Assembly: GCA_015680685.1 (NCBI GenBank)
Contig: MNCI01000310.1
Span: 1-64,000 of the forward strand
Length of the DNA: 64,000 nucleotides
Reading direction: 5' to 3'
DNA from: Gnetum montanum
Lineage: Eukaryota; Plantae; Gnetophyta
Positions 1-12,724 of the stretch are shown one piece after another. Position 1 is the stretch's first letter. Every line of letters starts with the position of its first letter. A program made the position numbers and the translations under genes. The notes below the pieces were generated by a model. That model saw only the letters and a list, made by a program, of their open reading frames with translations, was not told where the DNA came from and ran no database searches.

Positions 1-3000
1 AAATATAAAATAAAAGAAGCAATGGCAAAGCATAAGCCTCAAAAATAATAATTATTAATATTTGAATCCTATTCAACGCCCAAAAGACCAAATTCTTGTA
101 TCATGTATAATCACTTTTCAAGTTGCAGATTTTTTATAATCATTTAAAAATTGTTGTAACTTTCTTCTAGCTTGTTGGGAAAGTAACCTTCTAATTGGTG
201 AGACAGGTCACTTAAGAGAAAGGTTAGGAGAGATATTTTTTAGGATATTTAGGAGTTGCAATTTCTTTATACAACATTTTAAAAAAAAAATCTTAACATC
301 TCATTTGAAAGGAAATCATAAACATGTATGGGGCACTAAAGTTTGTACCCCTATATTTTTAAGATTGTATCACCAAAGCCACTTGTCAACTTCCTTACCC
401 TTTTTTTTGGTTAAAACCACCCAATATTGTTGTAACTTACCTACCTTGTTGGGCAAGTAACTTCCTAACTTGTTGGGCAAGAAATTTCCTAATTGGTTGG
501 CAAAGTGACTTGAGAGAAAAGTTAGGTGAATGTGTAGCTTCCCTACCTACCTCTGACCCCTATAAAAAGGCTTCAAGTATCAAAAGGAAGGAGGATTAAA
601 AAAGGACATCAAAAAGGAGCATCATCATCACACTTGGAAGATTTGTAAAGAAGATGGTTCGCAAGATGGCTTGCTAGAATAAAGATTTTAGCCTCTTTGT
701 TATGGTCCTGTGAGTTATGCATTTCATTTTTGTTTTGTTTAAATTGCCTAGCTAGTGGTTTAGATAGTATCATCCTTGGCAAGTAATTTTGGGATTTTTA
801 GATTGCTCTTGTTGTTCTTGTTGCCCGATAAAAATTTCTGTTAAAATTTGCCATAGAAGCGCTAGTGATTAAAGGCCTTGAGAGCATTTTAGTAGTAAAT
901 TTCGTTATTGTGCAACGTTTGGGAACTGCTATTGGGTTGTTGTAAGAGAGCCTCTGTTTGTAGTCACGCTGTGGAACAATTTGGTAGTCGAGAGGGTTCA
1001 GAAAATCTTTGGTATTTTGATGGGACCAGAATAGCTTCTTTTTATCTTCAAAGTGATTTTTCCATGTTATTTCAATCAGAAATCGTCAAGTCTTTCAAAG
1101 GTTTTGTTTGAATGCAATCGTTGACATCTATTATCTAGCCAAAATGGAGTCTCGTACGTGGTAGTTTACGCAGCAGTTTTTGGTAGCATTGTAGGACTGT
1201 CTTGAAGAAATTNNGGAGTTGTGCTCAAATATTTTTGCAAAATTTTACTTGTTACAAGCAGGTATTATAAGGACTGTGTAGACTAGGTAGTTTGAACAAA
1301 ATAGGAAACTTTCAACAACTCACAGTACTTGATAAAGTTGGCTGAATCTCTTTAAAGTAAAGTCATTTGTAGTTCACACACAACGAAATTGTCACATTTT
1401 ATACAACCGCACGCCGCAACAGCACACACACATAATCACATTAACTACTGAGTTATTTGGAGGTATCTAGGCCTTGGTGTTGCCAGAGACCAGCGGGCAC
1501 CTAAATCCTGTTCGAGGACACTCGTTGGCGGTCGCGTCCCAAACGGTCGCCAACAACTCCTTGCATTGATCATAAGGAATGGGGAATAGGTGTGGGTAGG
1601 TGTGGTATTCACCTCCGCATTGACTAATCACACCCACCCATAGGTTCTCAGCAGAAGAGAACTCTTTCATGGCTATACATGCTATAGTCAATAGACTTGG
1701 TCGGTCGTGAACCCCTGCATCATTGATGTAGAATGTGGTAGCAAAACATACACTTAGCATTTGGCCAATATGGCCAACGTCACATAACACAGTGGAACAA
1801 GGCTACGAAACTCACTCGCCAGTATAGTAAACAGTTCCTGGTGGGTTTTGGAAGCACGTTGCCATGTAACATGCAACAAACATGTTGTAAGAGTGGTAGC
1901 AGCTGTATTTAGGCATATCCCATATCTAGGCCAAATGCCTTAACCGTATTGGACATTAACTGGATCCCTCTCCCTACCTTCTCATGAGTGCCCCATCTAT
2001 CAGAAACCTCAGGATGACCGAACTTTCCCTAGGCAATATGGCTTCAGTTATGATGGCCGCCTCTTCCTCCTCTAGGTATGACCAAACTATCACACCGAAG
2101 TATTGGAGGAGATATTGTAGGAACTCCTGTGTTTCTTACCTGAACCAAACCCCTCTCTCTCCCATGCATATTTGGGGAGGAGGGGCATTGGCCATGGGTT
2201 TGTGTGCATGAAATAGGATCCTTGCAATTTCTAAGACAATAAAAAATGTCCTCAGCCCCATCCTGCACAATAAAATCAACAAGAGTTATCATCAAGCCTA
2301 AGTGCAATACATACATGACATAGAAACACTTATCAGTTCATGTGTATAGCATACCATAACCCTCTTCCCGCACATAGGGTAGCAAGAACATAAAGGCGTT
2401 AGCGTAGCAAAAATGGTCTTGTGTAGTAACAAAGTAGTTAGGCCTAACAAGATGATTAAAAATACACCTTGACAAAACACATGTCATACTATCACAACAC
2501 GTATGGCCAAACCCTCCTGAAGGTTCTACGCTATGCCATTTGAAAGCCAAGTAGTTTAAACTATTCAACTTTCCATGATTATGACAATTGTGGGAGTGGC
2601 GGTTTAAGCAACCTTGCACACAACAATGGCATAGCATTTATGCACCTGCCATGGCCGAAACGGCAACAACAGTGACACAAAGGAAAAAAAACACAATGAC
2701 AAAAAACAAAAATGACTAACAGAGAACAATAGAAGCAAAAAAAAAAATAACAGAATCATGAAAAAATAGAGGAAGCATAGTAGCCTACCGGGTCAATGGC
2801 ATGTCCTCCCGTGCCGCGATGCACACTTTTGTCATGTGGCCTAGGATATTCTTCACCTCCTCAACCTTTGTGAGTGCCAGGTGAGTGTGTTCCTTCTTTG
2901 AATCCATCATCTAGCTTGCAAACTTTCTTCATCGCTATACAAGAAACCACCTTACTTGCTATTAGCATAATTGCTTTGTACTTCAAAATTATCTTGTGCT

Positions 3001-3247
3001 CCGAATACAGGCTCTACACTATTATGGTGAGAATGATAAGCTTACCAAGGTTTAATCCTTATTTATGGTCATAATGGTAAAAAAGGGGAACTTTCCGTTC
3101 TCTCTCTCTATTTAATGTGGAGTGCACCGTACAACGTAGCATGCTCACCATGACATCATAGCACGGTTGGCATTGAAACCTTGACATGCTTCAAGTTAAT
3201 TGCTCGCTTTTCCAAAAAATGAAAAAATATATATAGTTTTTGTTAGT

Positions 3248-3724
3248 GATCTGAAAATACCTTAAAATAGCAACCCTAGTGCAGTTCCAGTTTCCCTAGT
3301 CCAAAAAGACCTTAAACTAGCAACCCTAGCACAGTTTCAACTGTCAAGGTCCAAAAAGACCTTAAACTAGCATTTTTAGCATAGCATTCCACTCTCATTA
3401 TCAGTCTGAAAAGACCTCAAACTAGCAATCCTAGTGTAGCAGTGACCTTAATGGTTCAAAAAGATCTTAAACTATTCATCTTGATCTTCTATGCTCAGGT
3501 AGTCTTGATTTTCGCATTAGCGGTTTTGCATTTCTCATACCCGCAATTTTCCATCTTGCATACTACCAGTTTTTCCTGTTACGATTTGACACTCTACAAT
3601 GATACTAAACTAGTAGCTTTGCATTTATATGTTAATAGTTCCACACTTTTTCATCAACATTTTTACATCTTTAGTAGTTCTACATCTTCATGCCATAGCG
3701 GTCTGCCATGACTTTAAACTGGTA
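3248..3724 (+). repeat. Array of hairpin + TTAAACTRGC motifs upstream of RT
   Basis: Five units ~50-55 bp apart, e.g. GGTC-caaaaa-GACC-TTAAACTAGCA at 3348, plus a further copy at ~3700. Confidence 0.85.
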
Positions 3725-4029
3725 AAATTTTAATCCTTACATCGTACTTCGCTAGTTACATCTTATCGTTGCTTTGCAAGTTTTTATTATGCATGATTAC
3801 TACCAACAAGTGCCTCTTAACTAGGCCTTCATCTCATCTTGAAATGTTAAGAAAAAATGGAAGCCCATTGTGATATCTCCACGCCCTTAGCTTTATCAAG
3901 TCCACATGGCAAGCTCGCAAGACAATTGAACCATGACCTAATCGACTGGGGATCAACCACAACTAGCACTATAGCATCCTTAGAAACATCCCCAGACTGG
4001 TTCGAACTCTAGATTTAGAGGTCAAGGAT

Positions 4030-7000
4030 GTGATTGAGGATCCTCTCATCGAGATGCCTATGACCACATTCAAGGGGGAGGTAGAAACATTAAAATTTAG
4101 CTCCCTCCTAGACACACAGATGCATGAAAACATAGCTAGGATCCTACAAGACAACATCAAAGCCTTCGCATGGTCATACAGTCACATGTCGGGTTTAGAT
4201 CTAAGGTTGATATAGCACAACATCATCCTAGACCCACGCATGAAGGAAATCAAGCAGAAGGCTTGTAAAGTTAAATCAGAAATTGCATTATACCTGTAAG
4301 GGATGAAATCATTAAGCTATACCAAGCTGGTTTCATCTGCACAATTGATTATTTTGAACGAGTGTCCAACATCATCATGGTTTCCAAGAAAATGGGGGGA
4401 ATATGGATCTGTATAGATTTCTGGAATCTAAACAAAGCAACGATCAAGGACTATTTTCAACTTTCGAGCATCGATCAACTCATCGATACTACAGCTGGCC
4501 ATGCCATGCTATCCTTCATGGATGGTTTCTCTAGCTACAACCAAGTCTGCATCAACTCGGAGAACCAGCTGACAACAACCTTCATGACCCCATGGGGGAC
4601 CTTTTTTTACACCATGATGCCTTTTGGGCTCAAGAACACCAGGGAAAATTACCAATGAGCCATAACTTACATCTTTAGTGATTACATCCTAGAAACATTA
4701 AACTACTATATGGATGATATAGTATTCAAGTCCAACGAGGCCGTTGATCATCCACGTGATCTAGGGGTAATCCTCAAGCGTTTCCAAGAGCATAATCTAC
4801 ATCTTAATCCTAAGAAGTGTGTCTTCGCGGTAAGAATCGAATGCATGTTAGGATTCATGGTATCGAAGGATGAAATACAGGTGGACCTTAACAAAGTTAA
4901 GGCCATCATCAACCTGGCACCCCCTACAAACCTTAAAGAGTTGTGCGGTTTGCAAGGTAGGGTACAGTTCATCTGAAGGTTTATAGCAAATTTGACTAAC
5001 AAGTTATACCCCATGCAAAATTTGCTAAAGAAAAGGGTTAACTTTGAATGGATAACCCAATGTCAAAAAGCTTTTGATGACTTGAAGGAAGAGCTTTTGC
5101 ATCTCCCAACTGTGCATCCACCACAAAGGGGTAAGCCTTTCTTCATATACCTTGCCACCTCTAACACACATCCATCGCAACACTACTATGTCAGAAATGA
5201 GAAAATGGATCTAAGATACTAGTGTATTATCTGAGTCATGCATTAATAGCACATGAGGTGAAATACAACGAAGTGGAGAGGAATTTCCTTGCCTTAGTGT
5301 TTGCACTAAAGAAGTGGAACCATTACCTATTTCAAAGCACAATCAACATTATTTGCAAAAACAACATAATTTGGGCTATTACTAACAACTTGTATGAAAG
5401 TAGCCAAATAGCCCAGTGGAAAGTAATAACTGTAGAGTTCGGCCTACACTCTGTAAGCCAGTCATCAACTAAGGGTCAAGCCATAGCAACCCAACATATG
5501 GCCTCACCCATTGATGATTGCGCAACCATAGATCCCAAATTTCTAGACGAGCATGTTGGCACTATCAACATCATCCCATCACATCTGAAAGCAACTTTAC
5601 ACTTCGACAGCACCTCAACCACACAAGGAGGTAGTGAAACTACCATCATTACATTCCCCTATGGGGAAATGCACCTATTTTCCTATTTTTTTGATTTCCC
5701 ATGCACCAACAATGTGGCAAAGTATGAGGGGCTACTCAAAGGCCTCTTAGCTACCCATACACTACATATACAACACTTGGCAATCCATGGTGATTCACAA
5801 CTAGTTGTAAATTAAATCATTAAGGTCTACTTAAGAAATGCACCTGCAAAAAGCCTACTTAATAAATTCACAACCATAGATGTGCAACACATGCCATGCA
5901 ATGAGAACACCATGGAAGATGCCTTAGCCACCCTTGTATTGAATATTCCACCACACTCATTTGCAAACCTACCAAATTTGATTATTGAATGTACTAAACC
6001 CATCACTCAGGTGGGACATGTGGCCTCCATCAGTGCTGCAGACACCCAGGAGTGGTACACTAACATTAAAGGCTACCTACAACACGGTAAACCCCCAAGC
6101 AGACTGATGTCTACTCAGAGAGATGTAATCTGTAAGCGTGCCCAGCAATATACGCTCATGGGGAATGATTCCCTATGCTACTATTCTTATGATGGGTTAT
6201 TGCTAGCATGTGTGGGTGGGGAGCAAGCATAGAAGGTAGTTAATGAAGTGCATGAGGGACTATGTGGTGGACACATAGCACCGAGAGCTATGGTTGCAAA
6301 AATCATACACCTAGGGTACTATTGGTCCCACATGGAGAACGACTATCTGCCAAAAGTCAAGACGTGTGACATGTGCTAGAGATATGAAAATCTCATACAC
6401 GTCTCACCTACGAACTTGCATCGAACGCAAATCACGTGGCCTTTCCAATGATGGGGACTAGACCTCATAGGAGCTATCATGCCTAAGTCCTCCACAGAGC
6501 ATAGCTTCATTATCACCACTACTGAGTATTTTACTAAGTGGGTGAAAGCTATCCCCCTAAGGAAGACGACATCTTAGCAGATCTTCCACTTCATCCTGGA
6601 TAACATCGTAACAAGATTTGGGCTTCCAATGACTATTGTAACCGACAATGGGCCACAATTCAGTAGTATGGAAACCCGAACCTTCTACAGCAATATAGGC
6701 ATCAGGCAATCATTCTCCTCCCCCTATTACCTGCAAGTGAATGCATAGGTGGAGGCTACAAATAAGTCCATCATCAACTTGCTGAAGTAGATTCTTAACA
6801 ACAATAAGAGGCAGTGGCATAAGCAAATCCTCTATGTTCTATGGGCCTACAGAACGACATGCATAATCGCGACAAGTAAGACTCGTTACAACCTTGTTTA
6901 TGGATCTAAAGCTATGTTGCCTCTTGAGTTGTAGGTACCATCACTCTGGATGATCCTCTTAGATGTTGTGAGTGAAGCCTAGAATAATGGGTCATGGATC

Positions 7001-7295
7001 ATCAACCTCGACTCAATAGAGAAGGAGCACGCATAGACACTAAGCCACATAAAGCCTTACCAAAGCAAGCAACAGCAAAAGCACCATGTAGACTTGCATC
7101 AACGGCCAGTACAGAAGGAAGACCTCATCCCCAAGGTTATCCTTGAGCATGTATGTAAATTCTCAGCCAACTGAAAAGGCCCTTACATGGTCATTAGAGC
7201 CTTTGGAAGTGGAGCTTTCAAGCTAGCGGATATGGATGGCAATGAGTTCGCCAACCTGGTGAATCGCTCATACCTCAAGCCATACTACATCTGGG
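4030..7295 (+). pseudogene. pol: Degenerate gypsy pol: reverse transcriptase, RNase H, additional archaeal-type RNase H, integrase
   Basis: RT: WICIDFWNLNKA, LSFMDGFSSYNQV, MPFGLKN, YMDDIV, LNPKKCVF. RH: YYLSHAL..YNEVERNFLALVFALKKWNHY. aRH: LHFD..CTNNVAKYEGL..GDSQLVVN. INT: HEGLCGGH..CDMC, GLDLIG, IVTDNGPQF, VEATNK. Many in-frame stops. Confidence 0.95.
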
Positions 7296-7314
7296 GCATG
7301 GCAAAAATGGGCAA

Positions 7315-7650
7315 CCATCCACTACAACATTAAACTAGCAGCAACAAGAAACATCTACTATGATGTTAAACTAGCAGCAACCGTCCGCTACGACGTTAAA
7401 CTAGCAGCAACTAGCATCGTCTGCTACGATATTAAACTAGCGACGACTATTTGCTATGACGTTAAACTGGTGGCAACCATCCACTATGATGTAAAACTGG
7501 CATGGCTACTCTACTATGACCATAAACTACCATGACAAATCTTCTATGATGTTAACCTAGCATGTACAATCTACTGGGATCTTAAGCCAACACAGCAGTC
7601 CGCTGGAATCCTAAACCAGCATAGAGTCTACCAAGATCTTAAGATAGGTT
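7315..7650 (+). repeat. ~30-bp tandem array (hairpin + TTAAACTRGC) directly after integrase
   Basis: About 11 units, e.g. CGTC-cgctac-GACG-TTAAACTAGCA at 7382. Confidence 0.9.
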
Positions 7651-8737
7651 TGCACCACGTCCCCAAGATGCACATGCACTAAATACACATCGAACAAACA
7701 TGCGCAGTGCTGATGTGGGAGTGGGATGTTGTAGCTCCAGAACATAGTTCACGATGTAATGGGAACATGATCTGGAACATATGCTACAACACCACCCTTG
7801 GCATCACGCTGATCCTCCAGAGATGTCGTATGACATCTCACTGGCTCTCTAGACCTACCGTCGCCATGGCCCACCAGCCTTACGGTAGTTCCTTGGCTAG
7901 TGCCCGCCACGAGAGTTCTTACAGTATTGTGGACCAACCACAATATTGTTATCCTCTAGCTCCCTGCCAATGCCTCAACTCACACAACATTTAGCTATGT
8001 GGTAGCTGATCCCATAGCTAAACTGAGAATGCATGCCTTTGGTAGGGATTCCAGAGCATTCGCACTCATAGCGACTCCCGGTTCCTTTGACCCCAGCTCC
8101 TCAATGTAGATGCTACCGAATTTGCTATTGGCCTTCCTGCTTTGAATACCATACATTAGAAAAGGTGTCTAGAAGCTTCAACAATTCCTACAGCCAGCAA
8201 GACCTTTGCCTTTGTTTCACATCATGGCTATCTCTTCTGGTTCACTCTCTGTGTTTGCAAGGTGTGTTCTGGAGAGGCATTAGCTGAAGGCACATCTTGC
8301 CACAGTAGCAAATGCTACGACATCTCGAAGTGAGTGCCTCGACTAGCCTGGATACTTCAGAGTGCAAATTCCATGATGTGTGTAACATAGCTCACCACAT
8401 GAGAAGCATCTGTAGGTAGGTTAAAACCCCACATGGATGTAACACAACTCATCCTAGGAAAGAAACATCTATCCTACAAGAGTTCAAAGGTCAATGAAAG
8501 TAAATATGAAAATGCGAATGACTCCCTCATGAGCACTCTGACGAGGGACTTTGCTAAAACTCATCTTTACCCTTTTTTTGAACCTCCTTTCTCCCTACTT
8601 CACCCTTTCATTGAAGCACTCTCAAGCATAGCCAAGCAACTTCTTGATGATCACTGAGCAGCAACATTAGTATCGTGCCTTCTATGATGTTTTGTATTCT
8701 TTTTCAACATCTCTCGAGCTCATTCTCTAGACATCGA

Positions 8738-8750
8738 TAAAGAGGGACCA
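8738..8750 (+). other. Polypurine tract
   Basis: AAAGAGGGACCA just before the LTR TG; near-identical to AAAGAGGGGCCA at 56589-56600. Confidence 0.85.
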
Positions 8751-8751
8751 A

Positions 8752-10484
8752 TGAAACATCCCAAAATTTGAAGGCATGCTTACTTCACCAAGACTTTGCA
8801 ATTTACGTAGCATTATGATAGTTCTTTAGGAGATGGATGCTTTGATGTTTAGACTTTCTAGTCTGGCAAGTTTTCTATCCCAGGTTTAAAACTCTAAACA
8901 AACTCTCCAACCTACCCACCTAAGCAATTCATCCAGTCGACGACGCACTTAGGAGTGGTGCGTGGAATTGTTGGCAAAGCTCAAAACGTGCAAAGCACTT
9001 TAGCAAAATTTTCTAAGTGAAGGGGGTTTTGCTATGCTACGCTACACTATGTAGTATTGCAAACTTTAGAAAATTTTTGTAGGAGCGTAATGCTACGCTA
9101 TGCTGTGCCACGCAACATAGCAAAACCAACTTTAAGTCCTTCAACAATGTCTCCTTCTGTCAGAAAGTAGTGAACTTGGCAAAAATAGGCCATGTTTGCT
9201 GCTACACTACGCTAAGCTACATTGCACAGTGAGGCATAGCAATTCTGCGAAGATGATAGAAGGCAACACTAAGGGTGGGATCAGCAAGTTTGCAACTTTC
9301 GCAGTTCAAAAGATAAACTTTGCAGATTGACAATGTTTTTGTGAATAAGACCAGACACTATGCTACGTAGTGTAACATAGCATAGCAAATATGCAATAAA
9401 TAGTTATCACACTTCAAAGGTTTCCAATGCAAGCAACAGGACACAAACCGGCAGCTACGCTACACTACATTGTGTAACATAGCACAACGTAACAAGATGC
9501 TACGCTATGGCAAACATGCTATGCTACAAAGGATAGCAGAGCATGGCAAACAGTTATACTACATCAATGCACTTCACCTAATTGCACTGTTGCTCTAAAA
9601 ATGCAATTACAATATGGAAGACTTGTAATTACGATGTGGAAAACTTGCCCAATAGTCATGTAGGCACGTGCATCATAGACAGGTCAGCACAAGCCCAAGG
9701 CACCTAGCATCCAAACTACATCTTTTGTGCATCCTTGGTCTTATAAATATCCCAATGAGCAACGCTCAAACTTTTCATGGCTCTCTCTATGACTTAACTA
9801 CTTGCTTTCAGGCTCTCTCTATGACTTAACTACTTGCTTTCAGGCTCTCTCTGGCTCCCTGGGTCTTCTCGCTCTTCTCTATGCTGGTCCATTGGCATTT
9901 TTAGTTGGCTAACGATTTTGTTGGCTAACAAGCAAAAATCAGCACTGTAACCTTGAGTATTGTAAGCTTTCTATTTGACATTTTAAATAGCTAGCATTCT
10001 CAATTGGCATTTTGGCTCTACTCTTTTCTACCATCTTGGTAGCACTTTGCATTATTAATGCCTAAGCCCGCATTCAAGCACACAGCCGTCTTTCTCTACA
10101 CATCTTGGTTACTCTCAAGATCTCTTCACTACTCAACATTGTGCAACCGATTGTATCCATTTTGACAAAGTGAAGTCATAGCTTTGAAGTGGTGCATTTT
10201 TCCAACTACATTTTACTTTTTCTTCTGCTTATTATTGCATTTTACATTGCTTTCTATCTCTTTTACATTTAAGCATTACTTTGCACTATCAGAATCATTT
10301 TCAAATCACACGTTGCAAAAGGCTATATTAACACTGACTAAGTTCCTGTCTGATCGACCAGACCATTCAGGGTACCCCATTTCTATTTTATCTAGCATGG
10401 CCCTCTCACAAATGTGAGGTTAAGACTATTAATAGATGACGACCCCTCAGTGTTTTCTAGCCTCTGACATTTTCGATCGCTACA
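8752..10484 (+). repeat. 3' LTR (family A)
   Basis: Starts TGAAACATCCCAAAATTTGAAGGCATGC, ends GATCGCTACA; TATAAATA at ~9742; colinear with the solo LTR at 45498-47087. Confidence 0.92.
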
Positions 10485-12313
10485 AGGGTTTGTTGGGCCA
10501 ACCCTTAATCAAAATGATCCCTTTGACTAACACTTGGTCATGAGGGTCCATCAGGCAAACACTTGATCATGAGGGTTTTTTGGGCCAACCATTGGTCATG
10601 AGGATCTATTTTTCCATAATTCATCACAAGGGTCCATTTGCCCAACACTTGGTCACAAGGGTCCATTGGGCCAACACTTGGTTGTAAGGGTCCGTTGGGC
10701 CAATCGTTGGTTACGATTGTTCATTTGGCCAACAGTTGATCCTGAGGGTCAATTGGGCCAACACTTGGTCATGAGGGTTCATTTGGCCAAAACTTGATCA
10801 TGAGGGCCCATTGGGCCAACCATTAGTCATGAGGGCCCGCTTAGCCAACACTTGGTAATGAGGGTCCATTGGGCCAACACCTGGTCATGAGGATCCATTT
10901 GGCCAATGCTTGGTCATGAGGGTTTGTTTGACCAACACTTGGTCATGAGGGTACGTTGGGCCAAGCCTTGGTCATGAGGATCCATTTGGCCAAAACTTAG
11001 TCATGAGGGTCCATTGGTCCAACACTTGCTCACAATGATCCATTGGCCCAACCATTCGTCATGAGGGTCCTTTTGGCCAACACTTGATCACGAGGGTCCA
11101 TTAGGCCAACACTTGGTCATGAGGATCTATTTGGCCAATGCTTGGTCATGAGGGTCCATTTGGCCAACACTTCGTCACGAGGGTCCGTTAGGCCAACCCT
11201 GGGTCATGAAGGTCTGTCTGGCCAACCCTTGGTCACAAGGATCCATTAGGCCAACCGTTGGTCATGAGGGTCCATTTTTCCTACAATTTTTCAAAAGGGT
11301 CTATTTGGGCAATACTTGGTCATGAGGGTCCATTGGGCCAACACTTGGTTGTGAGGGTTCGTTGGGCCAACCATTGGTCATGAGGATTCGTTTGACCAAG
11401 ACTTGGTCTCAAGGGTGCATTAGGCCAACACTTGGTCTTGGGGGTCTGTTGGGCCAACACTTTGTCACGAGGGTTTGTTTGGCCAACATTTGGTTGTGAG
11501 AGTCCCTTTTGGCCAACACTTGATCACGAGGTTCCATTTGCCCAAAACTTGCTCATGGGGGTCTATTGGGCCAACACCTAGTCATGAGGGTTCGTTTGGC
11601 TAGCACTTGGTTACGAGGGTCCGTTGGGCCAACCATTGCACATGAGGGTCTGTTTTTCCTACAATTCGTCGTGAGGGTCCATTTGGCCAACAATTGGTTG
11701 CGAGGGTCCTTTGGGCTAACACTTGGTCGCGAGGGTCTGTTGGGCCAACTGTTGGTCATGAGGGTCCATTTGGCCAACACTTGGTCCTAAGGGTTTGTTG
11801 GGCCAACACTTGGTCACGAGGGTTTGTTGGGCCAACACTTGGTTTCAAGGGTCTGTTTGGCCAACACTTGGTTACGAGGATTTGTTTGGCTAACACTTGG
11901 TCACAAGGGTCCATTTTTCGAACACTTGGTCATGAGGATCCATTGGGCCAACACTTGGTCATCAGGGTTGCTTTGGACACCACTTGGTCATGAGGGTCCG
12001 TTGGGCCAACCATTGCTCATGAGGGTCCATCTGGCCAACAGTTGATCAGGAGGGTCCGTTGAGCCAATAGTTGGTCAGGAGGATCTATTGGGCCAATAGT
12101 TGGTCAAGAGGGTCTGTTGGGCCAACACTTCATCACGAGGGTCCGTTCGGTCAACACTTGGTTGTGAGGGTCTATTTGGCCAATGCTTGGTCACGAGGGT
12201 TCATTTGTCCAACACTTGGTCTCATGAGAGCACTCATGACAATGCAGCTATGTGAGGTTCTCCCATGGAGAGCACTCTCACAAGAGCATCATGTGGTACT
12301 CCCAAGGAGAACA

Positions 12314-12390
12314 CTACCTCTCTCCATATATGTTAATTGGACCAATTTCAACCAAACCATCCTGCATCCTTATAACTTTGGTCATGAGGC
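12314..12390 (-). promoter_or_regulatory. Putative Pol I spacer promoter, copy 1
   Basis: Minus strand CATATATGGAGAGAGGTAG plus ~60 bp upstream homologous to 35965-36040. Confidence 0.7.
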
Positions 12391-12649
12391 TTTGTTTGTC
12401 CAACCATTGGTTACAAGGGTTTGTTAGGCCAACACTTGGTCATGAGGGTCTGTTAGGCCAACACTTGGTCATGAGGGTCTGTTAGGCCAACACTTGGTCA
12501 CGAGGTTCCGTTTGGCCAATGCTTGGTCATGAGGGTTTGTTTGGCCAACACTTGGTCTTGTGAGAGCAATTGTGCTAGTGTAGCCATGCAACGTGCTCCC
12601 ATGGAGAATACTCTCGCGAGAGCACCATGCAATGCCCCCAGGGAGAATG

Positions 12650-12724
12650 CTACCTCTCCCCATATATGTTGATTGGACCAGTGTCAGCCAAACCATCCTA
12701 CACCCTGATAAATTTGATCATGAA
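12650..12724 (-). promoter_or_regulatory. Putative Pol I spacer promoter, copy 2
   Basis: Minus strand CATATATGGGGAGAGGTAG plus homologous upstream block. Confidence 0.72.

Larger units (their letters stand above)
3248..10484 (+). mobile_element. Ty3/gypsy LTR retrotransposon, Tat/Ogre-type (3' portion; 5' LTR and gag-PR not seen in window)
   Basis: Decayed RT-RH-aRH-INT, then PPT and TG...CA LTR that abuts the IGS satellite at 10485. The element may extend to or beyond position 1. Confidence 0.85.

Noticed and set aside
7315-7650. CRISPR-like array (also 51771-51915 and 55075-55450)
   Set aside because: Variable parts are only ~8-15 bp and related to each other; no cas genes; eukaryotic retroelement context
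9779-9850. ~31-bp tandem duplication after the LTR TATA box
   Set aside because: Local slippage, absent from the solo LTR copy; no sign of wider significance
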